Source: a virus
Length of the DNA: 64,000 nt
Virus record (IMG/VR): IMGVR_UViG_3300045988_174509
Reading direction: 5' to 3' (one strand)
This document shows, one piece after another, positions 43,925-53,745 of the stretch. The position numbers were made by a program, and so were the translations under genes. Below the pieces are notes generated by a model. The model did no database searches. It had not been told where the DNA came from and saw only the letters and a list, made by a program, of their open reading frames with translations. The first letter of the stretch is position 1; the number at the start of each line of letters is the position of its first letter.

Positions 43925-43957
43925 CATCCCGCTTCCGGATGGTAGGTTTCCTTTGCT

Positions 43958-44263
43958 ATGAAGACACGCGACATACGCTGGGAAAGGACTATGGAGCGGA
44001 TTATCGCCCGATGGCTTAAAAGAGCCATGCAGTCATTAACAAGCCAGAGGGGGCAAATGTATGAAACTGTTTATATTATACATGATAAAATTCCTCTTTT
44101 CATCAATGTCAACAAGTATGATTACCAAAATTCTCTTCGGTATTTCGACTTGCTTGATTCAGCATTTTTAGTGGACGGCAAGCTTGTAGCCTGCACCCAC
44201 GTATCCCAGACCATACCTCAAACCATTTACATGTCATGCACCTCGAACACGATAACTCAATAG
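43958..44263 (+). CDS. Hypothetical protein (101 aa)
   Basis: ORF. Confidence 0.35.
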   Translation: MKTRDIRWERTMERIIARWLKRAMQSLTSQRGQMYETVYIIHDKIPLFINVNKYDYQNSLRYFDLLDSAFLVDGKLVACTHVSQTIPQTIYMSCTSNTITQ

Positions 44264-44829
44264 CCCGGGACCCGGAAAGAGTCCAGCAGGCCAGCCTTCT
44301 GCTGAGGGAGATTCTTAAAAGGAAGCATGTCAAGATTGAAGAAGTACCAATTTATTACGGAGAGGAGTCAAGATTTGAAATAAGGTTCGGCTGGTTTTAT
44401 TCCAGGAGAATTCTCTTGAGGATAGAGAAGCGTCGGGGAACCGAAGATGGTCCCGATCTGGATCGTATCTATGCGGGAGAACCAAATGACCTTGATGTTT
44501 TTATGTACGTTGGCTGGCGGGAGGCTTTTTATTGCCGGGTTCCTAATTTTTTGCTCCAGCGTTTCCTGAATAGGATGGCCTATGAGGCAGATAAAGGATT
44601 GAAAAAAGAGGACGAAAAAGAGATAAAGGTCGCTAAAAGGGTTTTTGGAATTTATTCCAGGAAGCTTCGCTTGCCTGATTTGTATTTTGCAGAGAACACA
44701 GAGGCCGCATGGGATTTTATTTTTAAAAATAATTACGATACCAGCAAGCTTTCCAAATGGGATATAAAAAAGATGCACCAGGAATATCTTGAATTGAAAA
44801 AATTCAAAAAAGAACATACTAATGACTAA
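44236..44829 (+). CDS. Hypothetical protein (197 aa)
   Basis: ORF. Confidence 0.4.
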   Translation: MHLEHDNSIARDPERVQQASLLLREILKRKHVKIEEVPIYYGEESRFEIRFGWFYSRRILLRIEKRRGTEDGPDLDRIYAGEPNDLDVFMYVGWREAFYCRVPNFLLQRFLNRMAYEADKGLKKEDEKEIKVAKRVFGIYSRKLRLPDLYFAENTEAAWDFIFKNNYDTSKLSKWDIKKMHQEYLELKKFKKEHTND

Positions 44830-46684
44830 TACAAGAGAGACGATTGAGACAATTCCGGGTCTCTGCATGGAGATTGTGGAAGATTGTCACGAGATTGATG
44901 GAGACGTTATTTTCTGGGACACGGAAACTTTCTACAGCAAGGAATATTCCGTCGAGAATACCGATGCCCGGACTTACTGTGCGGACCCCCGCGGCTATTG
45001 CTACATTATTTCCGTGACGGATGGCAAGCGGGTCTGGTCCGGAACTCCGAAGGATTTTGACTGGGAGATTGTCCGGGGCAAGAAGCTCTGCGCCTTCAAC
45101 CAGAACTTCGACGCCGCTGTTTATTACTTCATGCTGGGAGCCCCCGGGGATTCTCCCATGAGTGGCTGGCTCTGCGCCAAGGCCGCCTGCAATTACCTGG
45201 GACTTTACGGTTCCCTGGCCGAGCTCATTGAGAAATGCTTTGGAGTTCAGGTCAGCAAGGATGTCCGTGATGCCGCCGAGGGCGTGGACTTCAGCAAGCT
45301 GGACAGCATTCCGGTTGACATGATCCGCTATGTGTGCATGGACTCCTATTATGGCTGGGCTCTGTGGGACCGTTTCGGCAAGTATTGGCCGGAGGACGAG
45401 AGGGAGCTCTGGTGGGCTACGGTAGAGATGTCCTGGAAGGGCTCTCCTACCTCCCTGGAGTTCCTGGACAAGGGGCTTGCGGTGATGGAGAAGGCGCGTG
45501 ATGCCTACAAGGAATCCATCCCGCTGGAGGAGACTCTTTCCCTTCCCCAGCTTAAAGCCAAGTGCGTGGAAGCTGGAGTCCCTGCTCCTGAGTCCACGGC
45601 CAAGACCAGCAAGGTCTGGCAGGATTGGCTGGATGAATATGGAGAGCAGGTTCCCTGGGTCCGCAATATTGCCCGGTACCGGAGTGCCAACCGTCTCCTT
45701 TCCCAGTTCCATCAGATTCGCCCCCGGGTGTACATGAGCGACGAAGGGTTTGAGCGGCTTCCGGCTACACTCACCTATTGTGGGGCCACTACGGGACGTT
45801 GGACGAGCGGTGGGGATCATTTCAATGTCCAGCAGTTGAACCGCAATGAGGTTGAAGGGTTTGACATTCGCGGCATCATCCGGGCCCCGGAAGGTTATTC
45901 CCTGGTGTTCTGTGACTGGGCCCAGATTGAGGCGCGCATCATTGCGTGGTATGTGGGCCAGGACGAGATTCTGGTCCCACTTCGTGAGGGGGCTTCCGAC
46001 CTCTACGCCCTGTATGCGAAAGCCTGGAACCTTCTCCCCCAGGAGGTGGAGCACTTTGAAGAGTGGTGCAAGCTTCCCGGCAATGATCCCATGCTCCGGC
46101 AAGTGGTGAAGGCTGGTGCCCTGGCTTGCGGATTCGGCCAGCGGGCTGCGGGGCTCCATGCTAAAAATCCCCATATGACCATGGAGCAGTGTGAGTTTAT
46201 TGTGGATACATACCATCAGAAGAATCCCAAGGTGCTGGCTTGGTGGGAAACCCTGAAGGAAAAAATCCGCAGGGGGGCCCTCTCTTCCAGCAAGTCCTTC
46301 TCCATTCAGCTTCCCTCGGGGCGCACCCTGTATTACCGGGGCCTGTTCAAAAAGCTCTGCCAGTCCTCCAAGGGCAAGCCCTACTGGGCCTGGGCCTACA
46401 AGCCAAACAAGTTTTCTACCCGGGTTGTCAATGTCTCCCTGCTGTCAAACAATGTCGTCCAGGGCATTGCCCGCGACCTGATGAAGAATACGGTGCTTGA
46501 AATGCGCAGGCAGGGATGCCCTGCATTCGTGATCATCCATGACGAAGGCGGCTTCCTGGTGAAGGACGAAGACCTGGATCACATGGTCCCCCTGATTAAG
46601 GGAGTCATGGAATCCGTGCCTCCGTGGGCCGAAGGTCTCCCTCTTCTGGCTGAACCTAAAGTGCTCAAAGTGTACAAGAAATGA
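44822..46684 (+). CDS. DNA polymerase, family A, with 3'-5' proofreading exonuclease
   Basis: Exo motifs: I FWDTETF, II FNQNFDAAV, III YVCMDSYYGWALWD. Pol motifs: A DWAQIEARIIAW, B RQVVKAGALACGFG, C VIIHDEGGF. Confidence 0.85.
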   Translation: MTNTRETIETIPGLCMEIVEDCHEIDGDVIFWDTETFYSKEYSVENTDARTYCADPRGYCYIISVTDGKRVWSGTPKDFDWEIVRGKKLCAFNQNFDAAVYYFMLGAPGDSPMSGWLCAKAACNYLGLYGSLAELIEKCFGVQVSKDVRDAAEGVDFSKLDSIPVDMIRYVCMDSYYGWALWDRFGKYWPEDERELWWATVEMSWKGSPTSLEFLDKGLAVMEKARDAYKESIPLEETLSLPQLKAKCVEAGVPAPESTAKTSKVWQDWLDEYGEQVPWVRNIARYRSANRLLSQFHQIRPRVYMSDEGFERLPATLTYCGATTGRWTSGGDHFNVQQLNRNEVEGFDIRGIIRAPEGYSLVFCDWAQIEARIIAWYVGQDEILVPLREGASDLYALYAKAWNLLPQEVEHFEEWCKLPGNDPMLRQVVKAGALACGFGQRAAGLHAKNPHMTMEQCEFIVDTYHQKNPKVLAWWETLKEKIRRGALSSSKSFSIQLPSGRTLYYRGLFKKLCQSSKGKPYWAWAYKPNKFSTRVVNVSLLSNNVVQGIARDLMKNTVLEMRRQGCPAFVIIHDEGGFLVKDEDLDHMVPLIKGVMESVPPWAEGLPLLAEPKVLKVYKK

Positions 46685-48027
46685 GACTGGTTCCTTTCAA
46701 ATCCCAGCAGGATTGCATCTCCCGGATGGTATCCGCCATCCGGGAGAACGGGGCCGTGCTGAACAATTCGGGGACCGGAGCCGGGAAAACGCTTCAGGCG
46801 ATTGAGGCGTGTCGGGAGCTTGGACTACATCCCATAGTGGTCACGACGGCTACGACCACAGTCTCTTGGACACGCGCCATGCTTCAGCAGGAGCTGGACT
46901 GGTATGATGTTTTAAGCTGGGAAAAGATCAAGAACGGCTCTACGGAGTGGTATCAGGTCCGCAAGTCCGGCAGGTATGCCTACAGGAATTGGAAGGCACC
47001 CAAGGATGCCATTCTGATTTTTGACGAGTCCCAGAAGTGCATGAAGCTGGATACTCAGAATGCCAAGATGGTCCTCCAGGCCCTCTCTCAGAAGATTCCG
47101 CTCATGTTCCTTTCCGCCACCCCCTTCATTGACCCCCTGACGATGGGAGTCTATGCCGTGGCTTTCCGGCTTATTCCCTCCTCGCTCCAGTTTATCCGCT
47201 GGGCCAAGTCCATGGGAGCCCAGAAAAACTTCTGGGGGAGCTATGAGTACAAGGATACGCCGGAGAACATGGCCCGGATTGCGGCTTTGAACGCGGCTCT
47301 GACGGAAAAGAATCTTCTGGTCAAGGCCGACCCGGTAGAGATTGCCTCCCACTTCCCGGAGAATGCCGTGCATACCAAGCTGATTGAGGTGGACAAGAAG
47401 ACAGCCGCCCAGGTCAATGCCGTGGCCGCCCTGTTCGTCAAGCAGGAGGGACTGCGCGAAGACGACATCAAGCGCGCCCAGCTGAAGAAGCGCGACATCC
47501 AGGCCATCACCGACATGCTTCGGGCCCGTCAGATGGTGGAGGCCATGAAGATTCCCTATATTGTTGAAACTGCCAGGAATATGCTTGACAGCGGCAATAG
47601 CGTGGTGGTATTCGTTTCGTTTACTGACACGATTGATGCCATCCGGGAGCTCTTTTCCGGCACTCCTTGCTGTGAAATCAGTGGGAGAGTGACTGGGAAG
47701 AAGCGGCAGGAAGCCATTGACAGGTTCCAGAATGACGAGGCCCATCTCTGTATTGTGCAAATTGCAAGCGGAGGAGCCGGGATTTCTCTTCACGACACCC
47801 GGGGGGTCCGCCCCCGCGTAGCCTTGCTCAATGTCACCTACAGCTTTGTAGAAATGGAGCAGGCCCTGGGCCGGATTCACCGCCTGGGAGGGAAGACGCC
47901 CGCCATCCAGTACCTGCTGGTGGCCGCCAATACGATTGAGGAAACCGTGGCGGACCAGCTCCGCAAGAAATATAAAACAGCAACCACATTATTGAACGGT
48001 GAAGAAGATACCACAAGAATACAGTAG
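46681..48027 (+). CDS. SF2 (DEAD/SNF2-like) helicase
   Basis: Motif I NSGTGAGKT, motif II LIFDESQ, motif VI QALGRIHRLGG. Confidence 0.7.
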   Translation: MRLVPFKSQQDCISRMVSAIRENGAVLNNSGTGAGKTLQAIEACRELGLHPIVVTTATTTVSWTRAMLQQELDWYDVLSWEKIKNGSTEWYQVRKSGRYAYRNWKAPKDAILIFDESQKCMKLDTQNAKMVLQALSQKIPLMFLSATPFIDPLTMGVYAVAFRLIPSSLQFIRWAKSMGAQKNFWGSYEYKDTPENMARIAALNAALTEKNLLVKADPVEIASHFPENAVHTKLIEVDKKTAAQVNAVAALFVKQEGLREDDIKRAQLKKRDIQAITDMLRARQMVEAMKIPYIVETARNMLDSGNSVVVFVSFTDTIDAIRELFSGTPCCEISGRVTGKKRQEAIDRFQNDEAHLCIVQIASGGAGISLHDTRGVRPRVALLNVTYSFVEMEQALGRIHRLGGKTPAIQYLLVAANTIEETVADQLRKKYKTATTLLNGEEDTTRIQ

Positions 48028-48292
48028 GACCGGATTTGAATATAAGCTGGTGGAACGGGATGGCGATTTTGCCATTTATTCTGTCATGAAAGACTCTTTT
48101 AAGAATTATGAGCTTGTCTTGGTCCGGAGATATAAGGAGGATAATGATTTTGTCAAGGTGAAAGCCGGGGATGAATACCTCCCGGGGTCTTCGGAATGGG
48201 GGTCCTACGGCTGGACCCTTCCCACATTGGCCGCCTGCCATTCTAAAATTAAGACCCTTAAAGAAAAATATGAAGCCCAAAACCAAAACTGA
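47999..48292 (+). CDS. Hypothetical small protein (97 aa)
   Basis: ORF. Confidence 0.35.
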   Translation: MKKIPQEYSRTGFEYKLVERDGDFAIYSVMKDSFKNYELVLVRRYKEDNDFVKVKAGDEYLPGSSEWGSYGWTLPTLAACHSKIKTLKEKYEAQNQN

Positions 48293-49502
48293 CAACAGCA
48301 CGGGAACTCATTCCAAGTACAGCCCTTCGGGGCTGGCAATGTTTGCAACCTGCCCCGGCTATGTAGCCGCCCAGGATCAGCAGGATGAAGAGGAAGTGGA
48401 GGATGAGTTCTCCCCCTCGTCCATTGGCACCCGGATTCACGCCGCCCTGGAAGCGGGAGACCCCCGGTCCCTGCTCTCTGCCCACGAGCTATCTATCTAC
48501 GACAGTGCCCAGAAGATGCTGGATGATGCGTGGACGGAGTTTACCATGAAGACAGAGATAGAACGAGCGTACCAGGAGTTCCTTCCAGAACACAAGTTCC
48601 GTGGGATTGTGTTTGACCCTGCTGAAGAGGCCCAGACGGGGACTGCCGACGTGCTCATCCGGGCAAATTGCTTTTCTTTGATTGCCGACTATAAGACGGG
48701 GATCAACGCTGTGACTCATCCGAAAGACAATGCCCAGTTTATTTCCTATGGGCTTCTGGAGATGGAAGAGAATCCTGATTGTGAAGCGGTTGTTTTGGTT
48801 CTTATCCAGCCAACAGTGGCCGATGGGTTCAAGATGGCGGTGATGTATCGGAACGAAAAGGCCCCTCGTTTGGACTATGCTGAGAAAGTTGAAGGTGATT
48901 TCAAGTACAATTTGAACCGGGTAGCTTCTATCATTCTTTCCCATAAAGCCAACAGGGACAATCCGTATGCCTACCATGCAAGTCCGTTTACCTGTGCTTA
49001 TTGTACCAAGTCCAATAAGTGCTCACGTATTTTTGAGCTGGCCCGGACTCTTGGAAAGCGGACATTGGATGCAGACGTGTTGACAGTCAATCCGGTGAAT
49101 GAAGTGATGGATGGATTTGATTCCCCGGAGACGGTTTCCCAGGTCCTTGACTTCTGTTTCATCATGGAAAAGGTCCAGGCTCGTGTGAAGGAGATTGCCA
49201 AGACAATGTTCTCAGCCGGAGTGGAAGTTCCCGGGTACAAGTTTGCTTCCCGCGGCACTACGGTCCATGTCAATGCAAGCCAGTTCCGCGAGTATATTCT
49301 CTCCCGAATGAGCCTTGAAGAGATTGTCGGTTCCCTCACGACCTTCCCTGCTTCCAAGCTTTTGAAGTTTGTCATGGCCCGAGAGACCGAGGGGATGAGC
49401 CAAGAAGAAGAAGAAGAATTCCGTTTGGGATTTTTAGAAGACCTTGAGGATATGGGGGTTATTAAAGAGGTGAAAGCCAGAGTCGCACTTTTGAAAAAAT
49501 AA
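48270..49502 (+). CDS. PD-(D/E)XK nuclease, Cas4/RecB-like with a 4-Cys Fe-S cluster motif
   Basis: N-terminal SPSGLAMFATCPGY and C-terminal CAYCTKSNKC give the C...CxxCx5C pattern. ATG at 48270 preferred. Confidence 0.55.
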   Translation: MKPKTKTDNSTGTHSKYSPSGLAMFATCPGYVAAQDQQDEEEVEDEFSPSSIGTRIHAALEAGDPRSLLSAHELSIYDSAQKMLDDAWTEFTMKTEIERAYQEFLPEHKFRGIVFDPAEEAQTGTADVLIRANCFSLIADYKTGINAVTHPKDNAQFISYGLLEMEENPDCEAVVLVLIQPTVADGFKMAVMYRNEKAPRLDYAEKVEGDFKYNLNRVASIILSHKANRDNPYAYHASPFTCAYCTKSNKCSRIFELARTLGKRTLDADVLTVNPVNEVMDGFDSPETVSQVLDFCFIMEKVQARVKEIAKTMFSAGVEVPGYKFASRGTTVHVNASQFREYILSRMSLEEIVGSLTTFPASKLLKFVMARETEGMSQEEEEEFRLGFLEDLEDMGVIKEVKARVALLKK

Positions 49503-49581
49503 TGGTTGACGATGGCGTCTGTTTTTCTATAGTGAGGTCCACTTCGGGGGAGTAAATCCCCTTACAAACTGAATTAAGATT

Positions 49582-50322
49582 ATGGCTGAAATTGAAAAAA
49601 GTGAAGACAAGAATGTGCAAGATGATTTGCTGAATGTCGGTACTGACCCCAATGCGCTTGCGAAACCGGACCAGTATTGCGCTGTTGACGGTGATGTTGA
49701 TTCCTCTGACTTGAGGATGCCTGTCATGAACGCCTGGAGTGCTTCCAGTCAGGCATTCATCAATGACGGAGTAGGAGCCCAGGGGGATATTCTCTTCCGC
49801 GGTTTTGTTGTAGGGAACGTAAGCAATCCGGTTGAAATCATCGTGCTGAAGGTGAAGAAATACTTCAAGGAGAATCTTCCTTACGGCAGTGATGAACGTC
49901 CCCAGATTTTCAACTCTGTTCAGGAGTATGTCAATGCCGGATTTGTCAAGAAGGATATTGTCCGTGTGGCCGACATCCTGTTTTTGGCGAAGCGTCCTGA
50001 GAAACCTTGCTCTGCTTCTACGACGGATGAAGACCTGGATATGCTTTTCGGAATTGACTTCATGGGCGGCAAGTGGGCCGCTGGCAAGATTATTGCCCAG
50101 AAGTCCAATTACAATTCCTGTGCAATTCCTCTCTTTACTTTTTATGGGATTGCCAATCCTCCTAACGGATTCCTGGAACACAGGATCAGGATTGGTTCTG
50201 ATGTCCTGACGAACCAGAAGAACAAGTACACAGTCCTTAAATCCATGGTTCAGTCCAAGAAGGTTGAAGGTCAGCTTGAAGAATTGAAGAGTTCCGGTCT
50301 TCTGAGCCTGATCCAAGGCTAA
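49582..50322 (+). CDS. Hypothetical protein (246 aa)
   Basis: ORF in the replication/recombination block. Confidence 0.45.
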   Translation: MAEIEKSEDKNVQDDLLNVGTDPNALAKPDQYCAVDGDVDSSDLRMPVMNAWSASSQAFINDGVGAQGDILFRGFVVGNVSNPVEIIVLKVKKYFKENLPYGSDERPQIFNSVQEYVNAGFVKKDIVRVADILFLAKRPEKPCSASTTDEDLDMLFGIDFMGGKWAAGKIIAQKSNYNSCAIPLFTFYGIANPPNGFLEHRIRIGSDVLTNQKNKYTVLKSMVQSKKVEGQLEELKSSGLLSLIQG

Positions 50323-50327
50323 TTTTC

Positions 50328-50356
50328 TTGACGGTATAAAACATAAACGATATAGT
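50328..50356 (+). promoter_or_regulatory. sigma70-type promoter
   Basis: -35 TTGACG at 50328-50333, a 17-nt spacer, then -10 TATAGT at 50351-50356. Confidence 0.5.
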
Positions 50357-50358
50357 GT

Positions 50359-50393
50359 GGGAGTCCTCTTTGGGTGAGAGGACTCCCTTTTTT
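50359..50393 (+). promoter_or_regulatory. Leader hairpin plus U6 immediately before the RuvC ATG
   Basis: Stem gggagtcctc ... gaggactccc (10 bp), then tttttt, then the ATG. Confidence 0.5.
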
Positions 50394-50951
50394 ATGAAAA
50401 AACTGCCTGCGACTGTGATACTTGGTGTGGACCCTGGTGTGAGTGGAGGACTCGCTCTGGCGGACACAAAAAAAAAGGTGGTGTATTATACCAATATGCC
50501 TAAGAAGATGGAGAACTTCGGGTACTTTTGCAATGCGTTGTGCACCATAAAGAACCGGAAGATGTTCATTGAGCACATGAGCTATGCTCAGGGGGGACGG
50601 AAAGATGAGTCCGGGAAGTTCATCCGCATCAGCAATCCCAGGTCCATGGGTATTCTTGGTCAGAATGCCGGGTATTTGATGGGAAGTGCGGAAGCGATGG
50701 GGTACAAGATTGAAGAAGTCTGGCCCCAGCAATGGATGGGAAGGATGGGAGTCCATGACACCGGGTTGTCTTGTAACGATAAAGGCTGGAAGAACAACCT
50801 CAAGCGGCTGGCTTCCGAAGCTTTCCCGAAAGCCAAAGTCACATTGAAGACGGCGGATGCCCTCCTCATTCTTCTGGATGCCTACCGCCGTCTTACGGAG
50901 GACCCGGAAGCCTCGCTGGCTGACTGGGATATGTACCAGATCAAGTTCTAA
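50394..50951 (+). CDS. RuvC-like Holliday junction resolvase
   Basis: VILGVDPGVSGGLALAD fits the RuvC motif I (ilGiDPG). The ATG at 50394 follows a promoter and leader hairpin; the track's GTG start lies inside the promoter. Confidence 0.65.
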   Translation: MKKLPATVILGVDPGVSGGLALADTKKKVVYYTNMPKKMENFGYFCNALCTIKNRKMFIEHMSYAQGGRKDESGKFIRISNPRSMGILGQNAGYLMGSAEAMGYKIEEVWPQQWMGRMGVHDTGLSCNDKGWKNNLKRLASEAFPKAKVTLKTADALLILLDAYRRLTEDPEASLADWDMYQIKF

Positions 50952-52789
50952 TGGCTGTTTCTCGACAGTTTATACGCTATGGCCGGAAGTGGCCGATGGA
51001 TGCCTCAGAGATCGACATCGAACTCTGGTGCTTCAAGTATGCGTGGCCTAAGGAAAAGGGGGGCCTTGGCCGCTATGGTCATGCAGTCAAATGTATTGAT
51101 CTCCTTTGGAATTATAAGGGCAGTCCCTCCCCGGTAATTTGGACTCCCTGGGTGGAGTATGGCCTGAGGCATGCCTGTGAGAACAATGTCTGCATCATGG
51201 GCGGCGGTTCTTCCTGCGGGAAGTCCATGATCATGGCCTTGATGGCCCTTCTTTTCTATTTGTCTGACCCCAGGCATACCATGTGCCTTATCACTTCGAC
51301 CACGATTGAAGGTGCCAAGAAGCGTATCTTCAAGGATGTCAAGAGATTTTGGCGTTCATATTTTCCTGGGAAGCTGGTGGATGGCCAGGGTAAGATCAAG
51401 GGTATCAATGAGGAGGATGAGATTGATGATTCCCAGGGCATTGTCATTATTCCCTGCGCCAATGTAGGAGACCCTACAAGCCGATTCATCGGGATCAAGG
51501 CCCCCAACATGCACGTTTTCTATGATGAGCTTTCCGAGCTTCCCATTGAGCTTGTTGATGTTTGGAGGACCAACCTGAACACGAACGCTATTGATACTCC
51601 TCCGACACTCATGGCGGCTTCCAACCCCAAGAGCCGGACTGATGCGTTCGGTATTATGGCGATGCCCAAGGACGGTTGGAATAGCGTGGACATTTTCACC
51701 GAGGAGACCTGGAGGACCCAGGATGGGATTTATATCCGGTTTGACAATACCAAGAATCCTCGTATTGCTTTAAACCGGGAAGACTGGTCCTTCTACGTCA
51801 GCCGACCCATTATTGAAGAAGCCATTCGTCAGTATGGGGCAGACTCCGCTTTCATCCAGCGATTCCATAAAGCCACGTTTTCTGACGACATCGAAGAGGG
51901 AGCCCTGCTTTCTGAAGCCGAAATTTATGCGGCAGGGGCGGACGGCATGCCCGTATTTGGCCCCAAGCCCATCATTAAGATTGCGAGTCTTGACCCGGCC
52001 TATACCAATGGCGGGGACCAGTCTGTCGTCCGTTGCGCCAAGGTGGGCTATGATCTGAATGACAATCTGTGCATGTTCGTTTATGCACGCTTTGCTCTCA
52101 AGTCCACCAAGAACAAGGAGGATTTAAAATCACGCAACTTCGATATTGCCAAGCAGGTTTATGATATTCTTCAGCAGGAAGAGATTTCTCCGGACAACTT
52201 TGTTGTGGATATTACTGGCGGCGCGGCGTTTGCCGACATTCTGGCCTCGTATCTAGGCCCAAAATTTGAGGCGATCAGTTTTTCCGGGAACGCCAGTAGC
52301 ACGCCCATTTCAGCCTCTACTCCTGAACTGGCTTGCAAGATGTATGCCAACAAGGTCTCCGAGCTCTGGGGCGTGATGAAGCTGGCGATTGCTTCCCAGC
52401 AGTTGTATGGCCTGGATTCCAAGGACATCCTGGAAATGAAGTCCAGGCTTTACACCTCGGAAAACGGAAAGATCAAGGTAGAGCCAAAGAGATTGATGAA
52501 GAAGAGAATTCGTCATTCTCCCGACGATGCTGACGCTATCGCTCTTCTGGTGCATATGGTGAGAAAGAAGTTCGGCATGGCTTTTGCCAGGATGCCGGAC
52601 AAGGCCCCTACGGCCCAGAATAGGCCCAGATATAAATTTGAGCTTGACAGCAAAGGGAACCCCATTCTACACTCCCGGGATATTAAGGCTTACCTGCATG
52701 ATCCCGATCAGGCGGCCAAACAGCCGCCGCCTGAGGTTCGTACTTTTCAACGTCAGGTACAGAAGCTGGGGTCGTTGCTCTGGAAGTAA
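50951..52789 (+). CDS. terL: Terminase large subunit
   Basis: Walker A GGGSSCGKS and Walker B VFYDELSE. C-terminal nuclease motif IASLDPAYTNGGDQSVV. Confidence 0.8.
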   Translation: MAVSRQFIRYGRKWPMDASEIDIELWCFKYAWPKEKGGLGRYGHAVKCIDLLWNYKGSPSPVIWTPWVEYGLRHACENNVCIMGGGSSCGKSMIMALMALLFYLSDPRHTMCLITSTTIEGAKKRIFKDVKRFWRSYFPGKLVDGQGKIKGINEEDEIDDSQGIVIIPCANVGDPTSRFIGIKAPNMHVFYDELSELPIELVDVWRTNLNTNAIDTPPTLMAASNPKSRTDAFGIMAMPKDGWNSVDIFTEETWRTQDGIYIRFDNTKNPRIALNREDWSFYVSRPIIEEAIRQYGADSAFIQRFHKATFSDDIEEGALLSEAEIYAAGADGMPVFGPKPIIKIASLDPAYTNGGDQSVVRCAKVGYDLNDNLCMFVYARFALKSTKNKEDLKSRNFDIAKQVYDILQQEEISPDNFVVDITGGAAFADILASYLGPKFEAISFSGNASSTPISASTPELACKMYANKVSELWGVMKLAIASQQLYGLDSKDILEMKSRLYTSENGKIKVEPKRLMKKRIRHSPDDADAIALLVHMVRKKFGMAFARMPDKAPTAQNRPRYKFELDSKGNPILHSRDIKAYLHDPDQAAKQPPPEVRTFQRQVQKLGSLLWK

Positions 52790-52821
52790 GAATAAAATCA
52801 GTAGCGTAACTTATTGATACT

Positions 52822-53409
52822 ATGGCATATGTGGATAAAGAGCTTGTAAAGAAAGCTATCAAGTTTTATCGGGATGGACTCCCGATTGAAGTGATTGAAA
52901 ACCTCACCCGGATTCCCAAACCCCGTTTGGAATCTATTCTTGGTGAAGTAGAGCTGACGAAAGACGAACTGCTGGCCCGCAAGGAGTCTCTTGAAATTTT
53001 TTCCCAGTCCATCCAGGAGAAAGTCATTGAGAGAAGGACCAGGAGAACCGAAGTGGAATCCGAGATTCTTGGAAGCATTGAATCCAATTTTTCTACTTTC
53101 ATGAAGCAATCTTTTGAGAGGCTTTGCAGGGCTTCCGGCACGTTGCCTTTGGATAGCTTCAAGGATGTCGCATCCCTTGTAGGAGCTATGGGGAAAGCCA
53201 GTGAAATCTGGGAGCGGTTCAACGATGCCGTAGCCAAGCGAGACCTCAAAGCCATGCAGGACATCATGGCAACGATGGAGCTTGAGGTGACGAATATTAC
53301 AGTGCAGACAGCGGTTGATTCCGAGGGGCGTATTAAGCTTGATGCTGATGGGAAACGAGTTGTGACGGAAGAGGCCCAGGCCAGGAAAATTACTTTGAAG
53401 CCTCTTTAA
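52822..53409 (+). CDS. Hypothetical HTH/coiled-coil protein (low-confidence terminase small subunit candidate)
   Basis: N-terminal LPIEVIENLTRIPKPRLESIL HTH-like segment. Confidence 0.3.
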   Translation: MAYVDKELVKKAIKFYRDGLPIEVIENLTRIPKPRLESILGEVELTKDELLARKESLEIFSQSIQEKVIERRTRRTEVESEILGSIESNFSTFMKQSFERLCRASGTLPLDSFKDVASLVGAMGKASEIWERFNDAVAKRDLKAMQDIMATMELEVTNITVQTAVDSEGRIKLDADGKRVVTEEAQARKITLKPL

Positions 53410-53417
53410 TTTTTTCC

Positions 53418-53445
53418 TTGACGTGAACGTGCCAAATGTTATGTT
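53418..53445 (+). promoter_or_regulatory. sigma70-type promoter giving a near-leaderless mRNA
   Basis: -35 TTGACG, a 16-nt spacer, then -10 TATGTT at 53440-53445. The ATG is at 53455. Confidence 0.45.
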
Positions 53446-53454
53446 CATGTCGCT

Positions 53455-53745
53455 ATGAGCAACAAAGATATTATTAACTGGATTTCCCTAGAAAAGCTAT
53501 CGTTGATAGTCTCTCTGGGATCAATAGGGTTCCTTTATTTAACAGCCTGTAGTCAGTTGGCCGAATTTCTTAATCAGGATCATAGGGTTCCTTTACTCAT
53601 GAGCTGGGGAATTGCCCTTTTCACAGGTCTTCTTGTTTTAACAATTCCTTTGGGAGTACTTTTTTGTTTGCTTAGAGGAACTTTCATGTACGTTTTTTAT
53701 CCTTTTTATTGGATTGCGGGCCATTTTAATACCAAAAATAAATGA
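53455..53745 (+). CDS. Small membrane protein (3 TM helices)
   Basis: Hydrophobic helices. The promoter at 53418-53445 would give a leaderless mRNA. Confidence 0.45.
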   Translation: MSNKDIINWISLEKLSLIVSLGSIGFLYLTACSQLAEFLNQDHRVPLLMSWGIALFTGLLVLTIPLGVLFCLLRGTFMYVFYPFYWIAGHFNTKNK

